Source of the DNA: a virus
Virus record (IMG/VR): IMGVR_UViG_3300009104_000002
Coordinates: 96,001-160,000 of that record
DNA length: 64,000 bases
Reading direction: 5' to 3' (one strand)
Below are positions 10,301-19,973 of this stretch, in pieces. The position numbers and the translations under genes are program-made. Positions within the stretch are counted from its first letter, which is position 1; every line of letters starts with the position of its first letter. Below the pieces are notes generated by a model, which did not search any database, was not told the DNA's origin, and was given only the letters and a program-made list of their open reading frames with translations.

Positions 10301-12529
10301 GGCTTTCATAGCAGTTCTCCAATATGACCCTCCCGGCTTTAATCCCTTAAACCACATCGAGAATGTCCAATCTCCAGCTAAACTAGGATTGCTTGACGGC
10401 ACAAGTGCAATAGAACTAACGCTCGGATACGACCAGGCTGTTCGCGAGTCTACTGTTGCAAGAGATGCGCCAGTAAGCGTTACATTCGCCGATCCGACAT
10501 CTGCGGTTGTATCTTCGCAATTATGTTGCAGAATTAAGCCAACAGTAAGTCCGACACCATATGTCGTAGAGCCTTTTACAACAATATTTCCAGATCCATC
10601 GATGAGGCCATAATATAGTGTGTAAACACCATCAGCAACGCCAGTCATTTGCGCTGTTGTTCCAGATGGAACTGCAGTTCCTCCGTGTGCAGCACCTACC
10701 GCACCGAGGGGTGATGTCGAATAAGCCCAGCCGCCCGCTGCATTACTTCCGGGATCTCCGATTGTAGCGGTAATATCAACGGTATCTCCAGTAACGACAA
10801 CTGATGCATCGATAGTAGAATCCGCAGTTATAATGTGGCGGCCAGTGCCAGAATTCCACATCCATTCAATTTCTGCTTGACTCAGGGATTTTGTCCAATA
10901 TGCGACCTCATCCATTTTAACCCCGACAGCTTCATTGAACCAACCTCCATATGAGCCGTGATTGGATTGTACTCCTCCCAGGCGCATGTTGTTGACAGTG
11001 AAATTAACTGCATTTACAGCATTTGTTATTTCTGTTGCCTTTACTCCGTCTACCCAAGTTTGCATTGTTGATCCATTTTGAACGGCAACAATATGATGCC
11101 ACGCTCCGGTTGATAGTCCAGGAATCGCACATTGATATGGCGTTACATTAGAGTTATTGTATCTATAATAAAATCCAGTTGCATTTGTGGTACTTCCGAA
11201 ATTAACGGCGATCCCGCCTGGGCCCCAGGTCTGGTAATAAATTCCGTTATCCATCAAGCCGCATGTCAACTCTGAGTCACTATATACCCACAAAGAAATT
11301 GAATATGTTCTCGTACTGGTAATCATTGGGTGACCAAGATCGACTAGTCTATTGTCGGCGCCGACGAAAGCCTTTTGGTTCCACTTGTCGACATCATATG
11401 TGGCGGTGCCAACTGCCATTGTGGCACTGTTTCCATTGCCAGAAGCGTCAAGAAGGTCTCCGTTGAAGTGATAATATCTATTTAGATCAGACAAAATTAT
11501 GGCCGAAATATCCCGGAGGTCAGACTGAATTGTAGCAGAAGGGCCCACAACATCTCCATTTGCGTCGACGGGTGCAACATAAATTGTATGTAAAGCAGAG
11601 GAGAGCCCAGTGATTATAACACTCGTTCCTGTCTGAAATGTTCCTCCGTGTGGCTGACCAGTGGCGCCAAGAGGGGTGCCGACGCGATAGGCCCAACCTG
11701 CGGCTGAACTTCCCGGATCTGTTAAAGTGACGCCCAATGTAGTGTCTGTTCCGTCATTTGATTCTGTTAATGCAACGGTAGCTACTTGTTCGTAAGAGTT
11801 CATAACTGTTTGTACCTCTGACTGAGCCAGGGCCTTATTATGAAGATGGAAATCGGAGATTTTTCCCTTGAAAGAAACGGTGCCGGAATAAGCAGGGTTG
11901 TGTCCCACGGCAAACGCAACACCATTCGCCATAACAGCAGAGATAGATGATGGTGTAGCTCCATTTTCAAAGTTACTTGCTGCAAGATTTCCGTCGATAT
12001 AAATTTCAATATCGGTACCGGTATATACCATAGAGATGTGGTGCCACGCGCCATAACCAGGATTTGGAGAGCCAGTGCCTAATGGGATACCACCTGCCGA
12101 CAAGGTAAATCCGTTAGATGCCGTATACAAAGCATATAGGCCAGGATTTAGGCGATATTGGGCGCCCCAATGCTGACGAGTATCCAAAATAAGCATGTTT
12201 GTGTTTCTATAGGGAGACTTTCCCCACAAGCACTGAAATTCATTGAGACTTAAATTTTGTCCTGTATCTGCCTTGAACCAAAAGCTTACAGTCATTTTAC
12301 CCGTTGATGCAATTTGTGCACCGAGTGTGGACTCGAAATTATCGATTGTCAAATATTTGCCACCAGTACAGTCAAGGACGCGGCGGCCGGAAGAGGTCTC
12401 GACCTCCGGAGAGGCGCCACCAACATAGGTGATGCCCGTATCTTCGCTAGAATCAAACTTTATTCTCTTTAATAATTCGCCCTCATCGGTGGCGGTGGCG
12501 GCAAAAAAGCCCATTGGTGCTACAAACAT
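7376..12529 (-). CDS. multi-LamG (concanavalin A-like) virion adhesin/fibre protein, 1717 aa
   Basis: seven repeats of the LamG pattern (YxF/LxG..D..G.N; WHHI; xYxDG; G.MDDVRIW.R.LS..EV..LY) and two DPGS.AAG.WAY..PLGA spacers; AAGGAG SD. Confidence 0.88.
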   Translation of the reverse strand: MFVAPMGFFAATATDEGELLKRIKFDSSEDTGITYVGGASPEVETSSGRRVLDCTGGKYLTIDNFESTLGAQIASTGKMTVSFWFKADTGQNLSLNEFQCLWGKSPYRNTNMLILDTRQHWGAQYRLNPGLYALYTASNGFTLSAGGIPLGTGSPNPGYGAWHHISMVYTGTDIEIYIDGNLAASNFENGATPSSISAVMANGVAFAVGHNPAYSGTVSFKGKISDFHLHNKALAQSEVQTVMNSYEQVATVALTESNDGTDTTLGVTLTDPGSSAAGWAYRVGTPLGATGQPHGGTFQTGTSVIITGLSSALHTIYVAPVDANGDVVGPSATIQSDLRDISAIILSDLNRYYHFNGDLLDASGNGNSATMAVGTATYDVDKWNQKAFVGADNRLVDLGHPMITSTRTYSISLWVYSDSELTCGLMDNGIYYQTWGPGGIAVNFGSTTNATGFYYRYNNSNVTPYQCAIPGLSTGAWHHIVAVQNGSTMQTWVDGVKATEITNAVNAVNFTVNNMRLGGVQSNHGSYGGWFNEAVGVKMDEVAYWTKSLSQAEIEWMWNSGTGRHIITADSTIDASVVVTGDTVDITATIGDPGSNAAGGWAYSTSPLGAVGAAHGGTAVPSGTTAQMTGVADGVYTLYYGLIDGSGNIVVKGSTTYGVGLTVGLILQHNCEDTTADVGSANVTLTGASLATVDSRTAWSYPSVSSIALVPSSNPSLAGDWTFSMWFKGLKPGGSYWRTAMKAPNDHPVIIEWNSNNLGGYQSGPGFHDCGFDMNPADYTGWHMITAVGSGATTTYYVDGASVGSIPWKSSQTLAAIGASNATTHNQAFADYVDDVRVWSRALSASEVSTLHSTTQLITDGLVAKYALDFDAADSVGSNNLTTNGTVGHATNGSDKYADFTKIGYLQSSATVDLTGKSSVSFWAKIDTTYTYSGHTYAYMFQWGTSPGSYFNLFVLDGKIRTQHNTGGGWIDNRGNTAVPAGWNHFIITLDPDTNEKKVYLNGVADTWNASYNGGFTGTFSSAQDIYLGYGGGDPNFNHDGGIDDVRIWNRVLSASEISTLYSAGAEDAQSITDGLVAKYALDFDAKDSVGSNDGTISGATFSLAGTKKEVNFDGSNDYIQIPHDASNSFGTGDFAISMWINPDVVSPGVNYSGMLWSKHYTNLELFIYQGQVSSYFGGAGHNCNGNTPIVVGQWQHLVLTRNGSDVRLYIDGVDNSSTYGDPGSQNVSSTSNDIFLGYRNGLSSTFYNGAMDDVRQWNRGLSASEASSLHSAGREDGISLTDDLIGAWNFDSGNANDSAGSDNGTASNVTFATAGGRTYADFSGSNSKITLSNDPFTASNATFTMSMWVKHDSLSGSRRYMSWGSSGGRFFFGYNSSANRVDLGMGGSTTIASSATYRPTVGEWALWTVSNSGTTTKFYKNGQLVSTVSHGNTGAINSGQTVRIGAQYHGTENFDGQMDDVRIWSRVLNDSEVADLYLTTFPLATGLAGYWPLNGNANDSLGTYNGTEYGTVTYQGGKFGNSAGMSSATAGNYIDVGMSSVSFTAGFTISGWFKNTPGWASSAPYGVQELISKDGVDNTREWKSYIQSGVIGSACYNLNGARRIARTAPAPSDGVWYHACFTYGGGTSSNSIKIYINGVQVDNADDNLGPYPGMTAPTNPVRFGQYAHSPPMPAGQSLRFNGEMDDIATWTRELTATEVLAIYNAGNSGNDLSTLI
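9251..9959. repeat. 67-bp direct repeat pair (9251-9317 and 9893-9959), 63/67 identical, in frame
   Basis: encodes ITDGLVAKYALDFDA(K/A)DSVGSN at the start of two consecutive LamG domains; spacing 642 bp. Confidence 0.9.
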
Positions 12530-12571
12530 TAATCTATGTCTCCTTTTGTTTATGATTTGAAATCTGTTTTT

Positions 12572-13426
12572 TTAGCTGAAATTCAAACTAGCAGCGATAT
12601 AATATTTTACTCCGTCATAAAAAATGGATAACATATCTTCTGCGGTGGCGGCTGTAGACAGAGTAATGGCTGTCCCTCCGGCTTTTTTGAAATCTGCCCC
12701 CAAGGTGAGTGTTCTTCCGCCGGTTGAGTCCTGCTTAATTTTAAGCATATATGTTCCCGGTGCAACATTAGTAACAGAGTTGAGTGTTAAATTTCCCGTT
12801 GCAACGAGTGAGGCGCAGTTGCCCAATTGTGCATCCCACGAAATGGCCCCGGAGACATTTCCCAAACTTTGGTGTTTTGTCATACCCAGAACATTGTCCG
12901 ACAAAGAAACCTCAATAGAATTACCAGAACCAGCTTGGGCAATAGCCATCTCACCCCCAGACTTAGCTGAAATTCTTTTAAAAGTCATCGCTCCGGATGC
13001 AACGGATCCCAGTACGGATTCACCTTCTGACGTGCCTCCCAGGCTAGTAATATTAGTAATTGCCTCTGAAGTGTCACCTGTCACAATTCCCGATGAAGAT
13101 TGAGCTTTTACCAAGGTAGAGGATGCTGCCGTAGAAGTCAGGGATACCCTATCATATGTCGTGACATTTAATGTGCCCTTGATTTTTAATTCGGTACCGC
13201 CTACGACGGTATCCAAATCTGATTGCGGGCCAACATATCCAATAACCTCCCAGAGACCATCGGAAATTTTTCTTCCGTAAACTTTCACCATGACACGGCT
13301 CAAGATAGCCAATTCGCTCTCTCCAGACGCATCAATGTTCGCAGCATAATTTTCGAGCGTGTGATCCACACTGCCGTCAACCTGCGCTATTAAACTGTTG
13401 GGTCCTAACCCTAAAACTTGTGCCAT
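12572..13426 (-). CDS. fibre-type structural protein, likely partner of the LamG protein
   Basis: AGGAGGT SD; G.SVLG...MTFKRI fibre motif; C-terminal ISWDA...LKIKQDSTGGRTLT...DMLSIFYDG domain common in phage fibres. Confidence 0.65.
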   Translation of the reverse strand: MAQVLGLGPNSLIAQVDGSVDHTLENYAANIDASGESELAILSRVMVKVYGRKISDGLWEVIGYVGPQSDLDTVVGGTELKIKGTLNVTTYDRVSLTSTAASSTLVKAQSSSGIVTGDTSEAITNITSLGGTSEGESVLGSVASGAMTFKRISAKSGGEMAIAQAGSGNSIEVSLSDNVLGMTKHQSLGNVSGAISWDAQLGNCASLVATGNLTLNSVTNVAPGTYMLKIKQDSTGGRTLTLGADFKKAGGTAITLSTAATAEDMLSIFYDGVKYYIAASLNFS

Positions 13427-13466
13427 TCTCTTACCTCCTGGTGCTTTTTTATTTGCACATTTTCAT

Positions 13467-13476
13467 TATAAATAGG
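13467..13476 (-). promoter_or_regulatory. putative late promoter motif CCTATTTATA
   Basis: intergenic, ~40 nt upstream of ATG 13426; abuts a hairpin. Confidence 0.55.
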
Positions 13477-13489
13477 CTCCACTGGAGCC
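13475..13489 (-). terminator. short hairpin GGCTCC-AGT-GGAGCC followed by TATTTAT
   Basis: perfect 6-bp GC-rich stem downstream of the gp14 paralogue. Confidence 0.45.
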
Positions 13490-13509
13490 AAACGATGTAA
13501 AAGTTTTAT

Positions 13510-14355
13510 TTAAACTAGCGTTAAAATCTCCAAGATTAATCGCGTGTCGGCGGGGATTTCAAAGTTTGTAAATATGTCGCCACAATGAATATAAAATTCG
13601 CCAGTAAGACTACTATCTGTCAATAATTGTCTCAAGCCATCATCATAGATTGCTGTCTTTTCCAAAATTATAGTCTCTGTGACTCCAAGCAACGACTTTA
13701 CAGATGAGCCGGCAGGTATTGTTGCATAAGTTTCCGGAGTGGTATAAACAACCCTAACAACATTTCCCGATATGGGGGATGATGGTGAAGATGGCGAAGA
13801 TGGCGACGATGTTGTGGTGGTGTCAGATGTTGTGGCCACCAAGGAGGCCTGGACATCCTCCGGTAAAACACTCAGATTAATTAAACCTCTCCTTGTCCTT
13901 ATACACTTTGCCTCAATTTGAAATAGGTGATTAACTTGTCCGAAAAGCTGCCTGTCTTCCAAAAGCGAGACGATTTCGAAAAAAGATGAGCCATATTGTA
14001 TATAATCTCCCTCCCTAACATATAAATTTTGATCCTCAAAGAGTCTACGTTCATGAAATCTAACAATTATAGAGTATGTTTTATCTAATCCAAAATTATC
14101 TGTTGTTGTGTTGATCCCCTCAAATTCAACCAAAGCATATACTCTAACTGGTGGTAAGAAGCATTTCTCTATTGCCTCGCCATAAAGTGGGTGGAAATTT
14201 GTCCTTTCCATTGATATTGGCAAGTAAGTAATCGCCTGACCCTCCACTCTCTCCAACAATTCATCATTGACCTGCTTTACTAAGTCTCGCTCTTTTTGTC
14301 CGAAAAATAACGGAGGTGGTGGGTTCGATGGTTTTGTCCATTTATTATCTGCCAT
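13510..14355 (-). CDS. gp14-like head closure/neck protein, paralogue with C-terminal extension
   Basis: first ~164 aa ~73% identical (hand count) to 14369-14872; then a S/T/P linker (SSPSSPSSPSSP) and an extra beta domain. Confidence 0.7.
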   Translation of the reverse strand: MADNKWTKPSNPPPPLFFGQKERDLVKQVNDELLERVEGQAITYLPISMERTNFHPLYGEAIEKCFLPPVRVYALVEFEGINTTTDNFGLDKTYSIIVRFHERRLFEDQNLYVREGDYIQYGSSFFEIVSLLEDRQLFGQVNHLFQIEAKCIRTRRGLINLSVLPEDVQASLVATTSDTTTTSSPSSPSSPSSPISGNVVRVVYTTPETYATIPAGSSVKSLLGVTETIILEKTAIYDDGLRQLLTDSSLTGEFYIHCGDIFTNFEIPADTRLILEILTLV

Positions 14356-14368
14356 TAATATTTTTTCC

Positions 14369-14872
14369 CTATTTAGAATCCAAGACTTTCAAGTCTATTA
14401 ATCCCTTTCTAGCGTGTATACATTTTGCGATTATTTGAAATTTATGTTCAATTTGTCCGAATAATTGTCTATTATCTTCTAAGCTTACGATCTCAAATAG
14501 AGTATCTCCATATAAAACAAAGTCCCCCTCTCTCACATATGTATCTTGATCTTCTTGCAGTCGTCTTTGGTGAAAATTAATTGTTATAGTGTGTTCCTTA
14601 TCTAAACCATAATTTTCAGTTTTTGTTTTTATTCCCCCGAACTCAACTAACGCATATACCCTTATTGGCGGTAAAAAGCTTTTTTGTACAGCCTCGCCAT
14701 AAAGTGGGTGAAAGTTTGTTCTCTCGACAGATACTGGTATATAGAGAATACTCTGACCAATGACCCTTTCCAGCAATTCATCATTGACTTGCTTTACTAA
14801 GTCTCGCTCTTTTTCGCCAAGAAATAGGGGGGGAGGCGGATTTGATGGTTTTGTCCATTTATTATCTGCCAT
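14369..14872 (-). CDS. gp14: gp14-like head closure/neck protein
   Basis: ELLERVIGQSILY, HPLYGEA, YVREGDFVLY motifs; position after the gp13/gp15-like genes. Confidence 0.7.
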   Translation of the reverse strand: MADNKWTKPSNPPPPLFLGEKERDLVKQVNDELLERVIGQSILYIPVSVERTNFHPLYGEAVQKSFLPPIRVYALVEFGGIKTKTENYGLDKEHTITINFHQRRLQEDQDTYVREGDFVLYGDTLFEIVSLEDNRQLFGQIEHKFQIIAKCIHARKGLIDLKVLDSK

Positions 14873-14875
14873 GGC

Positions 14876-15742
14876 TTAATATTCCTTTTTATCTCCGAAA
14901 ATCACTCTCTCGCGGGTGAATCTCAATTCTGCTGCCGACTCGCGAATTGTAATTTTTGGCTGTGGATCATTTTTATCTGAACCTATTATATATCCGAGGA
15001 CTTTTAAATTTATTGTTGTTATAAATTTCCTCTCTTCTTCTTGTAAATTTGATATATTATTATCTAAGGAAAATTGTCCCTCAATAAATCCCTCAAATCT
15101 ATGCCCGTCCCTATTTATAAAAAAATTATTTATTTGGCCAGTAGATGCTACAAATGGTGCAAATATTTCATTCATCTGCTGTTGATATTCCGTATTGATG
15201 GTAACTTTGTAATTTGCAACAACGTAGGTTGGGATTGGTATTGTCATTATTTCATAAACAATTTTTTTATTTTCAAATGGGTAGGTTTGTTGATTAAATC
15301 TGCGTCGGGAGTCTGCGTTCGCAAAATTGGATGTTTTCTCCTGCTGTATGCGCCTAGCAATTGTTATTGTACCCCCCTTAGCATCATTTTGGCGCGGAAT
15401 GTGTGACCAAGCAACCCCCCTCATATTGGGGTCTTTTATTAAAGATTCTCGCTCGATACTCATCACGGGCAGAGTAAAAATATTATCTTTATTTCTCAGT
15501 TCCTTATTATCTTTAATTTGATATGATCTTTCAGCCATTGACCAAATTATTGGAACTTTTCTCCAGCCCTCGTTTGTTGAACAAAAGATATTTAATTTTT
15601 CATTCACCCAGTCATAAAGAGCATAGTCTATTGTCTCAATGGTGGAGGGCATAAAGGAAATCTCTTTCAGGGCTGGGGACGCCTCACCCTTCGTTGGATA
15701 ATATGGCCTATAATCATCATATTTTTCTTTTTTGCTACTCAT
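14876..15742 (-). CDS. gp15: gp15-like tail completion/terminator protein
   Basis: TIETIDYALYDW, KVPIIWSMAER, LPVMSIER, PTYVVANYKVTI motifs; neck-module context. Confidence 0.65.
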   Translation of the reverse strand: MSSKKEKYDDYRPYYPTKGEASPALKEISFMPSTIETIDYALYDWVNEKLNIFCSTNEGWRKVPIIWSMAERSYQIKDNKELRNKDNIFTLPVMSIERESLIKDPNMRGVAWSHIPRQNDAKGGTITIARRIQQEKTSNFANADSRRRFNQQTYPFENKKIVYEIMTIPIPTYVVANYKVTINTEYQQQMNEIFAPFVASTGQINNFFINRDGHRFEGFIEGQFSLDNNISNLQEEERKFITTINLKVLGYIIGSDKNDPQPKITIRESAAELRFTRERVIFGDKKEY

Positions 15743-15748
15743 AATATT

Positions 15749-17017
15749 TTATCCCTGAAAAATTAACATCGGTACTAATTTTTGTATGTTCTCGACAGCC
15801 TGCGCCTTTTCGGCGTCTGATTTGGCGATTTCTGAATATGTCAACTGATCAAGTATTTCTTTCAATTCTGTTCTCAATGCCTCTTGTTCTGTTTGGGCCT
15901 GACTCAACAATTCCGATGCATTTAGGGTTACTGATTCTCCAGGAATCGGTATTGTCTGGAATTTTCCCCTAATTTGACCAAGAGTCTCTTTTGATAATGC
16001 TAATGCAAATCTTCGAATCCACTGTTTTCCTATTGAATTAATATTATTATATGGAATATTGTCAAATGGAATTGTATTCATATTATTAATTCCATCGGTT
16101 CCATTATCAAAATCCTCATTATTCTCCCACGGTGCTGGAATTACAGAGAACTCCACCCACATAAAGCGGTAAGAACTCAATAACTGTGGTTCTGGGAAAA
16201 TCCTTAATTTATTATTTTTTAATTCGTATGAATAATGAGACAACCTTGTCCATAAATGGTCTTCGTAAGCTTTTGCTTGCAATTTATTTTGCCAGACAGG
16301 AATCACCTCAAAAGATGAATCATCTGTATATTGGCCATAATACAACAAGTTTCCAACAACATTGAGACCACCATAATAACCAAAAAATCTCCACATTGCG
16401 GAGGGAGTTTTATAAAAAACCTTCTTTACCAAGACCCTCTTATCTCCAATAATCCCAGCAAATGCTGCGGGATCTCCATTTGGTTGTGTTCCGGTTGCCG
16501 AAGATCCTGAAATAATTGCTTGCAAATCGTAATCTTGCTGCCCCTCTTTTAACTCGAATGAAGCAGAATAAATTGGAATTGTTCCACCAATATTTGCCTC
16601 GAAAGAGAAGCCGTCCGAAACCCTTCTTGCGTATTCGAACATGACGCGAGGAAATTTTAAATTGACGTTTTCGGGGCCCGTTTTTCTTTCCCCTTCATGA
16701 TCGAATGTTCCCGTGGTTTGCCCCAGAACGTCCGATAAGATATTTTTTGATTGATGAAGGTTTACTAAATAACTATATTCTAATACTGCCTCTTGATAAT
16801 TCGCGTAAACATTTTCTGCTTTTAATTCTATATCTAAAACATCGCCGCCCAGCTTTCTATATGTGTACGAAACCTGCTCTGCCGCTCCCGATAAAAAATC
16901 CGTTGAATCACTATAAACACTCAGCGGCAGGCTATCTGCGACCTCTAATATACTGCCAGTTGATGGCAAAATTGATTTGCTTGACTGACTAGCTGGGGTT
17001 AGGGTGGGTAGTGCCAT
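15749..17017 (-). CDS. gp13: gp13-like neck/head-tail adaptor protein
   Basis: RKLGGDVLDIEL, WIRRFALALSKETLGQIRGKF, PGESVTLNASEL motifs; immediately downstream of the capsid gene. Confidence 0.8.
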   Translation of the reverse strand: MALPTLTPASQSSKSILPSTGSILEVADSLPLSVYSDSTDFLSGAAEQVSYTYRKLGGDVLDIELKAENVYANYQEAVLEYSYLVNLHQSKNILSDVLGQTTGTFDHEGERKTGPENVNLKFPRVMFEYARRVSDGFSFEANIGGTIPIYSASFELKEGQQDYDLQAIISGSSATGTQPNGDPAAFAGIIGDKRVLVKKVFYKTPSAMWRFFGYYGGLNVVGNLLYYGQYTDDSSFEVIPVWQNKLQAKAYEDHLWTRLSHYSYELKNNKLRIFPEPQLLSSYRFMWVEFSVIPAPWENNEDFDNGTDGINNMNTIPFDNIPYNNINSIGKQWIRRFALALSKETLGQIRGKFQTIPIPGESVTLNASELLSQAQTEQEALRTELKEILDQLTYSEIAKSDAEKAQAVENIQKLVPMLIFQG

Positions 17018-17035
17018 AATATAAGTTCTCCTGCT

Positions 17036-17044
17036 TTAAGTAGT
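17036..17044 (-). promoter_or_regulatory. motif variant ACTACTTAA
   Basis: between the capsid terminator and the gp13 SD (CAGGAG). Confidence 0.45.
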
Positions 17045-17050
17045 TTTCAC

Positions 17051-17084
17051 AAACACAAAACCCCTCCACAAATTTGTGGAGGGG
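17051..17084 (-). terminator. terminator after the major capsid gene
   Basis: 24-bp perfect palindrome CCCCTCCACAAATTTGTGGAGGGG (17061-17084) followed by TTTTGTGTTT on minus. Confidence 0.85.
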
Positions 17085-17114
17085 CATCATTTAACTTTAA
17101 TAGGAGGTTAAATT

Positions 17115-18842
17115 TTAGATAAGATCCTGGACAATAACCAATCCGTACATATCTGGTCGTACCATCTTCTTGGCATAACGAGTCATGACGCCTTTACGCG
17201 GCACGAAATCCTCTGTACCAAAAATGGTAGGAGTCATCTGGAGAGGCACATACGGTGCGTATACATATCCGCTTTCGAGGAAAGAAGAACCTTTACGTCC
17301 TGCGAGAACAACGTTCCGAGGGAAGTAAGGATCGACGTAAACGTCAAACTTCTTACTCAAAGAGCCGACTTTAACAGCACCAACCTGACCACGATCATCA
17401 TCGTGAGTCACAGCTCCACGGAATCCAGCGGTGAACTCAAGAAGATTTGCAACTTCTGGTGAACACACCAAAAAGTTTGCGCCTCCACGGAGAGTCTTGC
17501 GGTGAATTTGAGCCGAGACATCATTAATGGTCTCAATCAAGGTTTCATACCATTCGCTGACATTGCCGGTGAAGTCTGGGAATCCAGCTGTAGGATCCAA
17601 TGGAACTCCAGTTCCACGGTTCACAAACTTACCAGGAAGTCTAGACCAGAACAAGGTTTCAGCGGTTGCACCCTTTACGAGATCTTCCAAGATTTCTTGG
17701 TCGATTTCAAGAGCGATGTGCTCTGAAAGAACGCTTGTCAACTCAACTTCGGCATCCAAGTTATGGTATGCATTCAAATCTTGAGCCAATTCTGGCGTCC
17801 ACTTAGCCTTGAGCTTCTTGGTTTTAGCCGTAACAGAAACCGAGTCAACCTTGATATCGATTTCAGGAATCTGACTTTCATTCTCAAGTCCCCAGGTATC
17901 TAGGCCGACGACAGAGCCGAGAGCGCCGCCCTGGTTCATGTTATCATCGATGACGAAAGTTGCGTCATCATCAGCAACAAGCGTGCCAGAAAGAGCAATG
18001 GTATCGGTACCATCCGCAACAACAAGCAAGATATTTCCTGCAGTATTTGGATCGTCTCGGGTCAGGCGACGAACTTGAGTTGTATCAACAACTCCGCCGT
18101 CCTCAAGGGTAATAGTGACATAATCCTTGATATTGAACTGATCTGCAGTAAGAGTGCTCAGCGGAACAGAAACAACTGCTGCGGCTGTTCCAGAAGCAAT
18201 ATCCGGATCAAAACGCACCAAACGATCTCCAAGGGCCGCGAGAGCTGCACCAGCAGGTCCTGTACCAGACCAAGCGCTAGCATCTGATGGTCCGCCAACA
18301 GTGCCGGAAGCCATAGATAGGCCGGTAAGGGTAAGTCCACCAGTTACGGAACCAGTAGGGCTTGAGTAGCCGTTATTCAAGGAATAATAGCTTTGCTCTG
18401 CAAGGTCGCCAGCGAGCGATACGCCGCCGGTGATTTGCTGACCAACAACGCCACCACCATGAATAGAATCTCCACGTCGATAATCAAGGCGTCCAGCCAG
18501 TGGGCCGCCATAAGTAAAGTCGAGGAAGAAAATGAGTCCCGCTGGGAGGCTCATAGGTTGGACCGAAACGAGATCGTTTGCGATCAGTCCGCCAAAAACT
18601 CGGCGAACAATTGGAAATGCGACAGATGCGAAACCTTCCACATCACCGCCTGCCATTGAAGATGCTTCGCGAAGAAGCTCTTTGGCTTGATTTTCTAAAA
18701 GGCTTGCCATACCGTGCTTTCTGCGTTCATCAGAAAGCCCCTCTAAAAGACCAGTTTGTTCCCACTTGTCAACAAGTGCTGCACCTTCCTTAGAGAGATC
18801 ACGACGGACAATACCTTCGGTTAATTTATTTAAAATAGACAT
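17115..18842 (-). CDS. gp23: major capsid protein, T4 gp23 family
   Basis: VQPMSLPAGLIFFLDF, KLKAKWTPELAQDL, YAPYVPL, KGVMTRY motifs; AAGGAG SD. Confidence 0.97.
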   Translation of the reverse strand: MSILNKLTEGIVRRDLSKEGAALVDKWEQTGLLEGLSDERRKHGMASLLENQAKELLREASSMAGGDVEGFASVAFPIVRRVFGGLIANDLVSVQPMSLPAGLIFFLDFTYGGPLAGRLDYRRGDSIHGGGVVGQQITGGVSLAGDLAEQSYYSLNNGYSSPTGSVTGGLTLTGLSMASGTVGGPSDASAWSGTGPAGAALAALGDRLVRFDPDIASGTAAAVVSVPLSTLTADQFNIKDYVTITLEDGGVVDTTQVRRLTRDDPNTAGNILLVVADGTDTIALSGTLVADDDATFVIDDNMNQGGALGSVVGLDTWGLENESQIPEIDIKVDSVSVTAKTKKLKAKWTPELAQDLNAYHNLDAEVELTSVLSEHIALEIDQEILEDLVKGATAETLFWSRLPGKFVNRGTGVPLDPTAGFPDFTGNVSEWYETLIETINDVSAQIHRKTLRGGANFLVCSPEVANLLEFTAGFRGAVTHDDDRGQVGAVKVGSLSKKFDVYVDPYFPRNVVLAGRKGSSFLESGYVYAPYVPLQMTPTIFGTEDFVPRKGVMTRYAKKMVRPDMYGLVIVQDLI

Positions 18843-18858
18843 ATTTTCAAAATCTCCT

Positions 18859-19872
18859 TTATGGTTGTCTGTTTTTCTTTATTCCAGCTAAAATCTGCAT
18901 CCGATCCACCGCAGGTGTATCTTTGCTTCTTTTTGCTTTTCTAGGTAAAGTGGCAGAGGGTTTTTCGATGGTCTCGCGTAGTGATTGTGGTTGTGCTTTA
19001 CCTGTTACACTTCCCACTGCGCCCTTAAGAGTTTCAAATATTACCTTTGCTTCTTCGATTGAATCAGATTTTGACAGAGTATCGACAATTTTAGATTTTT
19101 GTCGCTCATTCAAGGAGGTGTCTGTTAAAATCCTATTCGTATAAATTAATCTCGCGTTAGAGAGATTAACCTTTTCAATGTTTTCTTTAAATGTTTTCAA
19201 CGCCATTATCATTTTGGCGTTTTTTTCTTTGAGAGTTTTATTTTCTTCCGAAAGTCTTTCGCCAGCATCAATCAACGCTTTTACTTGCTCTTTTGCTTGC
19301 GTTGCCGATCTTCTAGCTAGCTCCATCTCTTCTTTATAGTTCATAATATCTTCTGGAGTTCCTGCCCACCCTTCTTTTTCCGGATGGATATCTACGACTA
19401 GTTCTTCCAAAATTTCATCTAAATCTGCCATATCTAAATCAATTTCTTCCTCTAGTGTCGCGTCGACGGAAACAGAAGAAATTTCATCTTCCTCGGAACG
19501 AGACGGCATATCAGTCGAGACATTGTCAACAACATCCTCATGGGAAGATGCATCACCGACAAGCTCTTCATCCATTTCAGCTAGGGCCTCTGACATTTCT
19601 TTTAGCTCTTCCATACTTAGGACAATTTCACTGTCCGATGCAGTTTCGTCTGCAGAGCCGGCAAGAGGAATATTGTCCTCAAGAGAAGAAGAAATAGATG
19701 CAGATGTATCTTCTCCAGAAATATCAAATTCCTCCTCTTGTTCCAAGAGGTTTTCCACAGCTTCTTTAATGTCCGTAGAATACTTGCTTAAAATTGCAGA
19801 TTCTGCGTTCTTTATGGCAGCCTCTTTTAAGGCCGAGGCATCAACTATTGCTTGTTCCAATAATGAAGACAT
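18859..19872 (-). CDS. prohead core scaffolding protein (gp22-like)
   Basis: acidic and coiled-coil; VNLSNARLIYTNRIL motif; basic C-terminal MQILAGIKK; directly upstream of the capsid gene. Confidence 0.8.
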   Translation of the reverse strand: MSSLLEQAIVDASALKEAAIKNAESAILSKYSTDIKEAVENLLEQEEEFDISGEDTSASISSSLEDNIPLAGSADETASDSEIVLSMEELKEMSEALAEMDEELVGDASSHEDVVDNVSTDMPSRSEEDEISSVSVDATLEEEIDLDMADLDEILEELVVDIHPEKEGWAGTPEDIMNYKEEMELARRSATQAKEQVKALIDAGERLSEENKTLKEKNAKMIMALKTFKENIEKVNLSNARLIYTNRILTDTSLNERQKSKIVDTLSKSDSIEEAKVIFETLKGAVGSVTGKAQPQSLRETIEKPSATLPRKAKRSKDTPAVDRMQILAGIKKNRQP

Positions 19873-19902
19873 TTATATTCTCCCTTTATAAAAATACTCA
19901 AA

Positions 19903-19911
19903 ATAAATAGT
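19903..19911 (-). promoter_or_regulatory. putative late promoter ACTATTTAT for the scaffold-capsid operon
   Basis: exact motif ~30 nt upstream of the ATG, GGGAGA SD in between. Confidence 0.65.
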
Positions 19912-19973
19912 TATTCAATTTATAAAAAGACATATTTTTATAAAGAGCAAAAATGTATTTAAAAATTTATTAT

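Noticed and set aside
14387-14396. CCTATTTAG on the plus strand near the gp14 junction
   Set aside because: Wrong orientation for the minus-strand genes and overlapping coding sequence; treated as chance
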